Shown piece by piece: positions 1 to 12,488 of a stretch of 64,000 nucleotides of DNA (its first letter is position 1; every line of letters begins with the position of its first letter). This DNA is from Guillardia theta CCMP2712 (lineage: Eukaryota; Protista; Cryptophyta). The DNA lies in the NCBI RefSeq assembly GCF_000315625.1, contig NW_005434673.1, forward strand, positions 1,168,099 through 1,232,098. The letters are read 5' to 3'. A program made the position numbers and the translations under genes. Below the pieces are notes generated by a model. That model searched no databases. It was not told where the DNA came from and saw nothing but the letters and a program-made list of their open reading frames with translations.

Positions 1-2464
1 GGGGAGGGGAGGAGAAGAGGAAGAGGTAGAGGAGGAGGACGAGGGACGAGGAGGTAGAGGACGAGGAGGTAGAGGACGAGGAGGTAGAGGACGAGGAGGT
101 AGAGGACGAGGAGGTAGAGGACGAGGAGGTAGAGGATGAAAGAGGAAGGGGAGGAGAAAGGTAAGACACTTGCAAACGATCTAGCAAGGAGACTCACATT
201 GATGTTCACCCGCTGCTCCAACTTCACCGAGTACGGCGCCCACCTGCCCAGCTATCAGCCAGCTGACTTCACCCTCCCTTCCTTCTCCACCAGGCGCGAA
301 CAACAGCGTTGAAAGTGCTGGCGGGAGGAATGAAGACTTGAAGGATCGCCTAAGCGAAAGTGAAAGGTGAGGTCACTGCTTCCTCCTCCTCCTCCTCCTC
401 CCTTCTCCTCCTCCTCCTCCTCCTCCTCCTCCTCCTCCTAACTCTTCCTCCTAACTCTTCCTCGTATGTCTTACTTGTCGGTCTTCATATCTCAGTTTAT
501 CATACAGATAAGAATGTAGCGATTCCTCCTGCTCATCCCGTTACTCTTCAACTGTTGTCCTCTTCCCTCCCCTCCCCTCCCCTCCCCTCCCATCCTCCAC
601 TCTCTCCACTCTCCTCTCATTATGTGACCCCTGTCCTTTCCCTCCCTCTCTTCCGCCTTGTTTTCCACCCCTTCCTCGTCCTCTCACTGTGAAATACTCG
701 ACGCTCGACGTCCATCCTCGAGTCTCATCGCGTGATGAAGCCACCTGATGTGATTCAGAGCAGGAGGAGGGAGGGAGGGAGAAGAGGGACTGAGGGGACG
801 GAGGGGAGAGAGGGAGGGAGGGAGGGAGGGAGGATGTAGGAAGGGGAGGGAGGGAGGGAGGGAGAGAGGGAGGGAGGGAGAGAGGGAGGATGTAGGAAGG
901 GGAGGGGAGGGGAGGGAGGGAGGAGGGAGGGAGGGAGGGAGGGAGCAAAGTACGAGATAGGCAACGACGGCATTGGGAATGAGCGGGGCTCTCCTGGTGT
1001 ATCCATTCATGACAACAGCAAGCAGCGCGTTGGGCTCGAGCTCAGACGCCTTGTCAACCTAGAAGATGTTCAGAGAAGGTGGAGGGAGGGAAGAGAAGAT
1101 AGAGGCGGGGAGGAGGAGAAAACTGATGAAGGGAACCGTCGAACAAGGTAGGAGAAAAGGAGGTGTAATTGAGATAGAGGGAAGTGAGGAAAAAGGAAGG
1201 AAAATGAGAAGGAGAAAAAGAGAAGGAGAAGAAGAAATGCGGAGAAAAGTATTTCGATGGGACAAGGTGGTGGTAGTGTTGGAGGAGAAGGATGGGAAGG
1301 ATGGGGAGGGAGCGGAGAGTAGTAGTAGTAGTAGTAGTAGCAGCAGCAGCAGCAGCAGTAGGAGTAGTAGTAGTAGGAGGAGGAGGAGGAGGAGGACGAG
1401 GAAGAGGAAGAGGAAGAGGAGGTGGTGGTGGTGGTGGAAGAGGAGGAGGAGGTAGAAGATGAGGAGGAAGAGGAGGAGGAGGGGAGGATACCCGCTGGAA
1501 AGACTGCCCCTCCTCTGCGCTCAAGATAGCGAGAGCTCTTCTTTGTCGGATGACAACCTTTCAAGTTATCGTCAGCATCTTGTTGACAAGCCTGCGTGTC
1601 ACTGACAGTCTCGGGCAGATTGAAATTCACGTTCTCATCTAGGACATTATCAGCCAGTGTTGACCTAAGTTGACGCTCTTACCAACGTGATGAAAGGCTG
1701 CCGTGATGTAGTCGAAGATCGTCTGTAGACCATCATTACCATCGTAATCCTCCTCCTCCTCCTCCTCATCTTTGTCCTCCTCTTCCACATCATCCTCAAT
1801 AACGGGAACATACACAACCGCCATTGCACATGAGCTACAGCAGGGATGTCATCATCGTCTTCATCACCATCGCATCTCCATCATCTCGGCTCCCTCCCCC
1901 ACCTCTCACCTGCGTCCAGTTGCTTGTCTCAAGGTCATAGGAGGCTGGCAGGGTTGAGTTTCCCTGCTCAAAGACAAGAGAAGAGGGCAGCATGTCAACC
2001 CGCGGAAGGAGCTCAACAGGCAGGAAGTGAGGCAGAGAAACTCTCCATGCAGTGTAGAAGAGGATGAAGAGGATGAAAGGCGAAGTTGAGGAGAAGAAGA
2101 AATGGAGGGGGCAGTGCAGGAAGGGCGAAGGGAGAGAGGAGAAGAGAAGGGAGGAAAGGGGGAGGAGGAGGGACGAGGGACGAGGAGGAAAGCTCACCCT
2201 CCTCTTCTTCTTGAAGATTTCTCCTAGTGAGTTCCAGTAGTTGTTGCTTATCATTTCCTTCACCTTGTCCTGCGCCATCGTTACCCGGCCAGGTCAGTGG
2301 TGCCATGGCTGTTCCTTCACCTTGACTTTGATGTTGTACTTCTCCACCATGTCCGCCTCCTCCTCGTCGAACTTGTACTTGCCATCTCGTCAGATCAGCC
2401 AGCGCGCGAGCAGCCGCACCTTCCCCCATCGTTCTCCCCATCTCTTCCCCGCCCTGCCCTGCAT
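1..2464 (-). CDS. Multi-exon hypothetical protein, 3' end outside the window
   Basis: ATG at 2464. Short GT-AG-bounded exons on the - strand (MQGRAGKRWGERWGK / DGKYKFDEEEADMVEKYNIKVK / DKVKEMISNNYWNSLGEIFKKKRR / ...TIFDYITAAFHHV / ...VDKASELEPNALLAVVMNGYTRRAPLIPNAVVAYL / ...WAPYSVKLEQRVNIN) are separated by SSR-rich introns. No family recognised. Confidence 0.55.
45..137. repeat. 15-bp tandem repeat (GACGAGGAGGTAGAG)n, probably intronic
   Basis: About 6 copies read directly from the sequence. Confidence 0.85.
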
Positions 2465-2685
2465 GGTTCAACGGCTAGTCAAAAATTTGACTGGAAAAAA
2501 GGTTGTCGGGCGTTGATCGGAACGGGGGAGAGCGCAGCGAGGGAGGAGGAGGGAGAGGAGGGAGGAAGGAAGGGGAGGGAAGGGGAGAGGAAGGGAGGGG
2601 GAAAAGGGTGGAAGGGGAGAGGAAGGGAGAGACGTTGAAGTCACTCGTCGACTAACATCGCGTATCACAGTGTTGGGTCAGCAGG

Positions 2686-3019
2686 ATGTGGAAGCAGTTG
2701 GAGCAAGGGCTGATCGAGCTTGTAAGCGTATCCTCTGTATCCTCGGACTGTTGACATCTCCCACAGAGCAAGGGAGAGGAGGACAGGCTCCGTCGCGTAA
2801 GCTCCTCCTACCTGTGCGCTGTCCTGACGATCATGGCAGGTGTTTGAGCGCCTGGACAGGAATGGAGACGGGTAACGAGGACCTGAGGCGTGAGAGGAAG
2901 GGAAATCAAAGAGTTCACTGCCTTCAGGTTCATCGATGTAGCAGACCTGAGAGCGGTGATGGCGACTTTAAACTATGAGCCTGCTAAGGGAGAGCTAGAG
3001 GTATCCTTCTCCTCTCCCT

Positions 3020-3097
<78 letters not shown>

Positions 3098-3815
3098 TTC
3101 CTCGTCTCCATCCTTGCCCCTGCCCTCCCCTTGGATTGGTTTGCTCTTTCTCACGTCCTGCTGCCTTATGACTCTCTTTTCCATCTCTCGCAGGACATGA
3201 TATGGGAAGTTGATGAGAACATGTCGAAATCGTTGAAGTCGGTGACGATGATGTTATGCACATGTAACCTTCACTGCAGCTATCAAGCGTTCTCCATCAT
3301 GTACAGAAGGGTCAGAATGGATGCCGCTGGGATAGAGCCGCGCAAGCTCTACACGCTTGCGGTCAGGACAAGCTCCTGCTGTTTTCAGCTGCAAGTAACC
3401 TCTGCGGCAGGACTTCATGATGTCAGCAGGGTGGCGTACCTGCGTGCACAGTCTGACGATGCGACAGGAACGACAAGAATGGGGACTGTAAGGTGGCGAT
3501 GGATGAAGCGGTACAGCTGATGTTCATGCGTGAGCGAAGCTGCAGAGGAGGAGGAGAGATGACAGTGAGCAGGTTACGGGAAGAGTTTCAGCCAAGATGA
3601 GATCAAGATGCTCTTCAAGGATACAGCAGACAAGAGTGGTACCATCTCCTTCCGGGAGTTTCGAGGTGTCAGAAAACTTTCTTGACGGTGAGAGTTGAGG
3701 CGTCTGATCTCATGCAGATTATGTGGAGAGGCAGCACGATGCGCTGGAGAAGAAACGAGAAGAAGCGAAACTCAAGAGCATGAAGGGTCGACCCAAGGGA
3801 AAGACACTTGATTGA
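2686..3815 (+). CDS. Calmodulin/centrin-like EF-hand protein (spliced)
   Basis: Joined exons read MWKQLEQGLIEL-SKGEEDRLRR-VFERLDRNGDG-FIDVADLRAVMATLNYEPAKGELE-DMIWEVDENMSKSL...GIEPRKLYTLA...YGKSFSQDEIKMLFKDTADKSGTISFREFR...KGRPKGKTLD*. EF loops include DRNGDGFIDVADL. Confidence 0.8.
3021..3095. repeat. (TCCTCG)n hexanucleotide microsatellite inside an EF-hand gene intron
   Basis: Read directly; it is the source of the spurious RPRPRP and DEDEDE ORFs. Confidence 0.9.
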
Positions 3816-3823
3816 AAGGCTAT

Positions 3824-6800
3824 CTAGATCTCCTCCTCCCCCTTCTCCCTCCGCCCAGCGTGCCTCAGTTTTGCATCGTGCTCCTGCCAGAAGGAGGCGA
3901 ACAGCTGAGGAGAGATGTTCTGCTCTTCGTCCTCAATCAGCGACTTGAGCGTCAGAACCTCGTCCTGGTTGAAACTGACGCCAAACACGCGCATCCTCGT
4001 CTCGAGCTCTTTGCTCGCCAGCTGGTACTGACCCTTGAAAATCGTCTGCACGAATCGGTCGGGGCTGTCAACCACTTCGACGAGCTTGAGGAAGACTCGG
4101 CGAGCAAGCAAGGGGAAGAACCACAAGTCGTCCACAGGAGAACAGATGCCCCCCTCGTAGAAGTCCTCGAGGAAGTCCAACGAGTACGAGCTGAGCGAGG
4201 AGGGAGCGGGCTTCTTCTGCGTGTGATCGACTGCCCCTTGCTCGAAAACCTTCTGCAGCACAGCCTGTGTGCGGGTGAAGAAGCAAGAAATCCTTCCCTT
4301 CCTCGGCACCTCCCCCTCCGCCCACTCCTCCGGCACCTCGAACTCCTTCCCCTCGTAGCAAACACGCACCAACGCTGACGAGGGTTCCTTGCACTTGAGA
4401 TGGACCAGCTCCTGCATGACGAACCGGTCTCCGACGTCGGAGAGGTCAAGGTCATAGTAGTCGGCAGCAAGCAGCTCGTCAAAGATGTTGACGACGCCGA
4501 AGGCTCGCACCACTTCTTTCCTCTCAGAGGATGTGAGAGTCTTGAGAACGTTGGGCAGGCCATGATAGTCCACCACCCTTGACCAGCATGCGAAGATGAC
4601 CTGCAGGCGGCACTTGTGCTGCTTGACCGGGGCGAGACGAGCAAGCAGAGACGAGACCTGGGCACCTGCCCCGAGTGTCAGCGGCATCACAGCAGCAAGG
4701 GGAGGAAGTTACAGGAGAAGTAGTGTGTGTTTGAGACTTCTCTCAAGAGGGAGATCTTCCTTTCGTTGGACAAGATCTGCAGGTTGAGAAACTGAGACTT
4801 TTCATCCCATCGCCTCAGCACCAGCTCGTCGAACTCCTCATCGCTCATCGCCTCCTCCCCATCTGGTCGGTCCAAGCACACATAGTCAAGCTCCAGTATC
4901 CCCTTGAACGGCAGATTCCAGTCCGCCTCGATGTCAAAGGGCAGTCCGGACAGTCGGCAGTTCCGCCAGCAAACTCCGATCCTTGCCACCTCTCGCTGTC
5001 CGCCCTTGCGGTTCGAGTAGTACTTGACGATCTTGTCCTCTACCGGCAGCATCTGAAACCTCATGCTGAGCAGACGACACGCCATATTCCTGTGGGGTGG
5101 CTTGTCAAGGTTGAGATGGTAGTGACCCGTCGGGTTGCTGGAGGAGAAGTGGAGGTGGTCTTTTCCTATCCGAGCTTCCACGTTCCTCGCCTCCGCATCT
5201 GACAGGTATCTCAACAGCTTCGTCGCGTCGTCGAGGTCGATGACTCGATGGTAGACGGTCATCACGAAGTCCATGCGGTAGTCGACGTCATTGACGTTGA
5301 TCCGAGCAAACATGGCCTCGAAGTCTTCGAGCTTCAGGTACAAGCAGCCCACGGCTGTCTGCATGCTCCTCTTCTTCAGCGCTGCGCTTAAGTCTCGTCG
5401 GTTTAGCTGGTCCAGGAGAGCTTTCATCGCCTCCTCCCTCAGGTACTGGTCGCACGGGGACGGGAGCCCGTTCTCCACGAAGCCGAACTCGAGGATACCT
5501 GAGCAGGAGGTGAGCATGTGGAAGACAGGAGGTCAGAGGTCGCACCTTCAAGCGGCAGGCTTGTCGAGTCGAGGAGGTTGGAGGAGGAGAGAGAGAAGGT
5601 CTTGCTGCTCGTTTCTCCCTTCCTATCCAGCTTGAGGGTAGCTGAGCTCTTGTCAAACCTGCCTCGTCCTTGCGCGTTGAACTCGAGGAGCACCTCGAAG
5701 ATTCTGCGGTGGCTGGCCCTCCCCATGTCAAGCCGATAGCTCCCAGCAGGCTCCAAGGGGTCGAAGACGCAGGAAGAAACTTCGCCGAAGTCGCAGTTCT
5801 CCAGAGAGATGGCTCGCTCAACGCTCCTCCTCTCCTTGGCCCTGGCGGAGCATCGCAGGAGCTCTCGGATGCCCTGCCTTGCCAGCGGGTTGTTGTCGAG
5901 CTTGAGCTGCTTCAGCCCCTGGGTGCTCTCAATGCCCGCAGAGACAACGAGGCAGCCGTAGGAGTCGATCTGATTGCTCGAGAGGTCCACCACTTGCAGC
6001 GGGCATGTCTTCAGCGCGTGGAACAGAGCGCTGAGCGCCTTCTCGCTCCCGAACCCGCTCCACTCGAGGTTCAGCCTCCTCAGTGACTTGTTGTCCGCCA
6101 GGCCCTCAGCGAAGGTGCAGGCCCCGTCGGTCAGGATCTCGTTCCATGAGACGTCCAGGTCTTGGAGGCAGACGGACTCTGACGCAATCATCCTCCTGAG
6201 AGCGACAGCTCCCAGCTTGCTGATCTTGTTCTTCTGCACTGAGAGCACCTTGAGCTGAGTCTTGGGCAGGACAAGGGCGATCGCTCGCATTCCGACGTCT
6301 CCGATGTCGTTCATGTCGCAGTGAAGCTCTTGGATAGAGGAGTTGGGGATCGAGAGGAACTTGGCGATCTTCTGCGCCCCTTCCTTGCCTATCCTGTTGG
6401 CGGACACGTTGAGATACTCGACGTCAAGGCCGCAGGACGTCAACATGTCAACGAGGATGGACATGCCCTCGGCCCGGAGGTTGTTGTTAGAGCAGTCAAA
6501 CGACCTCAAGCCCATCAGGTCCATTGACTTCTTGAAGGAGAGGACCGGAGGGATAACGGCGTTTCCGCCCGTCAGGTCGACTCCGCGCATCATGCCGTCG
6601 AGGGCGGTCAGGTGGAAGTTGTTGTAGTTCTCTCCTGCCACGCTGATCTTGGAGCAGAGAGGGTCGTTGAGGAACCTGCGGATGGCGACGAGGCCGGTGG
6701 CAGGGACTTTGAAGTGCTCGCAGATCCTCTCGTAGATGGTCAAGTACGACTTCTTGACCCTCCTCAAGTCATCCGCATACTCTCGCCACGTTCGCATCGT

Positions 6801-8832
6801 CCCAGTCTGCACGGGATACTTGAGTCGCATCAGAGCTTGATTGAGAGCAGCTGAATTCTCCTGCTGCATCGAACTTAACAGGTTCTTCACCTGCTCATCA
6901 ATATTCTCCTCATCCGAATCATCGTCGCCTTTGCGCTCCTGCTGCTGCTGCTCTTCTTGAACCACCACAGGCTCGTCTGCCTCCCCCTTGCCTTGTTCTA
7001 CTGACTTTGCTTTCTGTACCTTGCTCTTGGCGACGCTCATCTTCCTCTGCGAGCCTTTCTCCTTCATTGACGACAAACTTTGCATGGTTATCAATGATCG
7101 TCTCCTCGACGTTCGTCGTTCATATGTAGGCACTGTCTTTTTCTGATTCTTCAAATTGTTGGTTGAGTTATTAGCAATCTCATGAGCGGATGGTGAGAGG
7201 GGAGCCGAGGAGTAGATGGGGTACTTGTCGATGTCAATGTCTGCGTTCAGCTCGAACCAACCGCTCTTGCTCTCGTTCAAGCCTTCTTTGAGCTTGATAA
7301 GATTCTCATCGGATTCTCTGTAGGTCCTGAGAATGTCCGACCATTTGTTGGGATCGCCAGTATAAAAGTCTTCTTCAGCTGTCAGGTCTTGGAGCTCTTC
7401 CGCTCCGATGGTGAATGTGTTGACGAGCATCTGAAGCCTCCTTCTCTCGTTCAACAGTTCATCCTTGCTGTCCATTGCTATGGTGAGTTCATCTTCAAGA
7501 TTCTGCAAGCAACAACTCAGAAAACACTGAAACATCAAACTTCATTTCTCTACCTTCTTCTTGGACCCTTGCTCTATCTTGAGCAGACTCTCAATTCTAT
7601 TCACTTCCAGCATGGCATCTCTCAAGTCAGCATCAGCTCTTGCAAGCTGCTGTTCGTAGATGCGCAACCTTGCTCTCTACATCAAACAAGTGTCAAGGAA
7701 AGGAGGCGCACCACTCACAACTCCTAACCTTGTCCAAGAACGTGTCCAACCCACTGATCCATCGTTCTGCATTCTTGTTCAACGGGATTCTTTCATTCTT
7801 GCCTTCCGCGTACAGAAGGAGACCGATCCATTGTTGGGTATCGAGCACCTTCATAGAGGTCCTTTCCTTCAAGCCCCTCATCTTCATTCGCATCTTGAAG
7901 TAGAGCGACGGGTCAATGTCCTCCAGCGACTTGTCTGACGTCCAGACTCTACTGAACCCCTCAGCTCCCATGACGTTAGTCAATCTCTTGCGCGCGGGAG
8001 TCATCCCCTTCCTCTCCTTGAAGCTCTGACCGGACATCGACTCGTCCTCAGGCACATCCTTGGCTGACAAGGTGCTGTCAGAGAAGGTGAGGGACTTGTC
8101 TCGAAGCAGAGGCTTCGGAGGCTTGAGCTCCTCGTCCTTTCTGCCATGAGGACTTGCCAGAAGCGTCTTCTCTCTTGTCGAGGCTGCGTCCTCCTCCACC
8201 TTCGATTGCACTAGATCTCCGTACATCTCCGTCTTCACCTTCTCCTCCAGCTGCTTCTGCTTTGACAAGGGCATCGCTGTGACAGGCCGCAGGGGCGTGC
8301 GAGCAGGCGGCGGCTTCTCCCTCCATGCTGGAGTGTGAGCTCGATAACCCAGCGAATAGGTTCCAAGGCTAGACTTGGGCCTCACGAAGTTTCTGCTGAC
8401 CTGAGCTGAGAGATCGTTCAAGATAGTTGCAGGAGATGAATCAGGGCGAGGAAGCTTTCCTACGCTGGTTCCTGGTCGGCTCCTCGCCCTCCTCGATGCT
8501 CCCTCCCCCGCCCTCAGCTCTTCTTGCATGCTGATCATGCTGTGAGAAGAGACAGAAGGTGAGAGCGAGCTGGAGGAAAACTGGGTCGTCAACCCGTGGA
8601 GGGCTTTGTAGTTGGAGTACTCCCTCCTGACGTAGCCAGCAGGGGAAGTGTAAATCTTGTTGCGGATGACCTTTTTGCTGCTCCCTCGCTCGATCTCTAT
8701 CCACGGTCCTTCCCACGGCATCGATGCTGTCTTCGTCCCCAGAGTGCTCCTGGGCCTCCTGAACACTTGCCCCTCCTCCCCTGGACGCCCTCGGACCTCC
8801 AACATGTCTGGCCCGTCCTCAGCCGCGCTCAT
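3824..8832 (-). CDS. Large RNI-like leucine-rich-repeat protein with a coiled-coil N-terminal part and repeated C-terminal modules (spliced)
   Basis: ORFs 7693-8832, 5439-7538, 4687-5517 and 3824-4690 are colinear and joined by short introns. About 8 RI-type LRRs (e.g. LQDLDVSWNEILTDGACTFAEGL, LKQLKLDNNPLARQG). Confidence 0.85.
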
Positions 8833-9423
8833 CAGTGTTGATCGGGTTGCTGTGCTAGTTGCTGTAGGTCACTCACTGATGAATCATAGGAGAGGGTCTC
8901 TCTTTCAACATGTCGCCTTCTGACATCAACCAAACGATCTGACCACCACCAGGGGAGGAGCAGCATTGCCGCATAGCTTCAATGGCTCTGCCGAGACGAA
9001 GTTTACAGGAAGTCCTCGCTATCTAAGAGCCCCCTCTCCTCCCTCCATCCCTCTCTCTTCTCCTCCTCTCACCAGCTCATGCTCCCTCCTCCTCCTCTTC
9101 CTCCTCCTCCTCCTCCTCCTCCTCCTGCTCCCCTCCGACTGGCAACGGAAACCAGCAAACCCGCTCAACTAGATACTACTAGAAAGGGGCCTAACAGAAA
9201 AAAAGATATGAGTTTTACAGAATTTTTTTGTTCTATCCGACTGACGAAGGGAATGCAGTTGACAAGCAAAGAGAGGAGGTAGAGGAGCAGAGGGAGGGGA
9301 GAAGAGGACAGGCGAAACAAACTTCATGAGATGATTCTGAACTCTCGGAGACTGTTGGACATGAAGGATCTTGCTTCAATGCTCATGATTTCTGTTTGAT
9401 CCACCAACTTACATAGCATCGAG

Positions 9424-11864
9424 ATGCCTCGGACTCTGTTGATTTCTTCTCTCGTTCTGATGCTCCTTGTCAATGGGAGGGCAGGGAGGCAAGTAAGGAA
9501 TGAAGACTTTGATCGCCTTTGTGGAGAAGCGATGGTGGAGAAAGGGCTGGGCAACCTCAAGTCTGCCATCAAGCTGTTCGCGTCGTCCATTCTGCTTTCT
9601 CCCCCGGAAAGTTTCGTATGGTACGAAATGGGGAGGGTCTTCGCAGGAAGCGGTGACCAGCATATGGCTATGCGATGCCTAATGACCGCGGCAAGGTTGC
9701 ATAGAAGCACCGAGATCGTGGAGAGCCTGGTGGCGCTGAAGACGAGGCCCGAGTCGTTCCCAACGATAACTCCGACTATCGATTTGAGTGTGGGAGAAGG
9801 AGGAGGAGGAGGAGGAGGAGGAGGAGGAGGAGGAAGCGAGGCTCAGCAGCACCAGACCAAGTACAAGCGGAAGCTCTACGACAAGTACTTCCGGCTCGAC
9901 TGCTCCATGAAGCGCTACATGCAGCAGCTCAACCACACACCGCACGATGTTGACATGCTGGTGGCAGCGGCGGAGGTGAGTATCGAGCTCCTCTACCACC
10001 GTCAGGCTGTTCGCATGCTCCAGCATGCCATGGAGCTGAAGCCTCAGGATGGTACTGTCTTCACCAAGCTAGTCGACGCGCAGGAAGGAAGAGGCGAGAG
10101 AGAGGCTGAGGCTGACGGAAAGACAGGTCAAGGGATGCGTCTTTGATAACTGGGAAAGGAACTTCCAACAGCTAGAAGCATTGATCCTACAACAGGTCTA
10201 CCCTCTTCCTCCATCTTCAGCCTTGCTGTCCTCTTACTTCTCCCCAACCTTGTCGCACTGCTCTGACCCCGAACTGACGGCGCGGTCGGCAGGCTTCAAG
10301 AGGAGAGAAGATTATTCTCGGACCGATCCAGTCTACTCTCTACCCTCTCTCTCCGGCAGCCGCCCTTGCCATCTGCAAACAGGTTGCTCGGAGACCTCTT
10401 TCCTCTTCCTCCCTCCACCTCCCGCCCTCCCGGCGGCTCCCCTCTCTTCCTCTTCCTCCTCTTGCCTTGTCTGTCATGGTATGCCGTTTTCCAACCCTCT
10501 TGCTCCCCGCTTCCTCCCCTCCCTTCTCTTGACTTTGCTTCTCACCTCTCGCTCGCAGCTTGGACAAGAGTCACACCTGCAAGCCAGGGCGATGATGCCG
10601 CAGGGGTTCCAGCACGTCTCGTTTCCCAGCAGGAACCCAGCAGGATCCCTGCGGGTGGGATACATCACCTCGCACTTCACCAGCTCCTCTATCGGACGAG
10701 AGATGCTGTTCCTGATCGGCGCGCACAGGAGGCAGCAAGTAGTTCCTCTCTGCTATGCTCTCAACGCAGACGAGGGCTCCTGGCTCCAGCACACGTGGAG
10801 GGAAGCGATCGCGAGCACCTGCTCCTCCTTCATCTTCGTCGGGCACATGACCGAGCAGCAGGCAGCGCAGACGATCAACGAGCAGGAAGTTCACGTCCTC
10901 GTCGACCTCAACGGCTGGTCGGGGGGCCATCGGGTCCTCCTAGTCTCCATGCAGCCTGCCCCTGTCCAGGTTAACTACAAGAACTGGGTCGCCAGCTCCG
11001 GGATCCCTTCCCTCCACTTCATCGTCGGGGATGCGGTTGTGACACCCCCAGAGTTTCATCGAGACTTCACGGAGAGTCTCGTTCTCTTCCCCAACTGCTA
11101 CTTCATCTCCGGTCACCGCTACCAGTACCACCTCACCAGCTCCGCCCAACTCGCGTCCTACGTCAACGCCAGCAGGCAGGCCAGGAGGGAGGCGAGGAAG
11201 AGCATCGGGCTACCCGCTGACTCGTTCCTCCTCGCCAACTTCAACAACCTGGAGAAGCTGGAGCCGAGGCTATGGCGGCTCTTCCTCCTCCTTCTGCGCC
11301 GGCATCGAGGAGCGCATCTTTGGCTGCAGCAGTACCCCCCAGCTAAGGCGAACCGTATCCGTCAGATGTTCAAGGAGGAGGAGGGGATGGAGGAGGCGCG
11401 GCTGGTGACGACCAAGTTCTTCAAGTCTGACGATCACATCGGCTTCAAGGCCCTTGCTGACATTTTCGTCGACTCTCCTTCCTACAATGCTCATAGCACA
11501 GCCATGGACACTCTGTGGGGAGCGCTCCCTCTCGCCACGTGCTGCTGCTGCTGCTGCTCCTTCCCTCCTTCTCACTATCCTTATGTAGGCTGCCAGAGGA
11601 GAAGATGGCCGCAAGAGTGGGAGCGAGTCTGCTCCTTGCAATCAACTGCTCCTCTACCATCGCCAGGTCGATGGAGGACCTGCAGGAGGTATCTGCTCCT
11701 CCCTTGCATGCGCATAGAGTTGACCCTGACTGCGAGCAGCTGCTGGAGCAGATGATTCAGAAGGGGAATCTCAAGAAGATCAGGAAGAAGCTGGAGGAAG
11801 AAAGATTTACTTCTCCTCTCTTTGACACGGTCAGTAGCCCTACTCCTGTTCTTCCCACAATGTG

Positions 11865-11922
<58 letters not shown>

Positions 11923-12158
11923 CCTGCTCCTGCTCCTGCTCCTCCTGCTCCTGCTCCACTCATTTTCCTCCAGGTCCGAGCTGTCCGCAACCTCGAGAGG
12001 ACTTATCGCCTCATGTGGGAAGTTCGAGGTGGCTGAGAATGTTAGGCGGGTGGGAGCTGACGACCTGATCAGCTGAGGGGAAGAGGAGGAAGGAGAATCG
12101 CCTGCCGCAGCTGGTGGTGAAGGAGAATTGGGTCGAGGAGGAAGACCCGGATTTGTAA
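9424..12158 (+). CDS. TPR + glycosyltransferase family 41 (OGT/SPY-like) protein with a putative N-terminal signal peptide
   Basis: TPR-like helices (VWYEMGRVFAGSG; AVRMLQHAMELKPQD) and GT41 motifs LRVGYITSHF, VHVLVDLNGWS, QPAPVQVNY, LANFNNLEKL, YNAHSTAMDTLWGALP, SPLFDT. Last exon ends ...EEEDPDL* at 12158. Confidence 0.8.
11866..11956. repeat. (TCCTGC)n microsatellite in an intron of the GT41 gene
   Basis: Read directly from the sequence. Confidence 0.85.
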
Positions 12159-12488
12159 GCTCCTCCTCTCCTTACTGATCGCTGTCCCCTCCCCTCCTCT
12201 CCTCCCCTCCTTCCCCGCTTACTTGATTGCGCATCTCACTCGCGCTAATAGGGAGGCGAAGCTGCGGAGGATGCGGGTCGACACGTCACGAGCTGAAGCT
12301 CTTTAAGAGCATGCGGAAGGGAAGGAAAGGGGGGGAGAGGGTGACGTGGCAGCGTGAACTGGAAGGAGGGGAGGGAGGAGGGAGGAGGGAGGAGGGAGGA
12401 GGGAGGAGGGAGGAGGGAGGAGGGAGGAGGGAGGAGGGTTCATCATAGAGCTGTATGTTTCTTCCTACTTGTACAAGTCGCTCGCATC

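Noticed and set aside
360-3263. Many poly-Pro/Ser/Leu/Arg ORFs in the ORF track
   Set aside because: They are translations of intronic microsatellites; the real exons are short and lie between them
12140-12158. C-terminal DPDL as an ER-retention signal in the GT41 protein
   Set aside because: Does not fit the K/H/R-DEL pattern, and the terminal exon is only inferred
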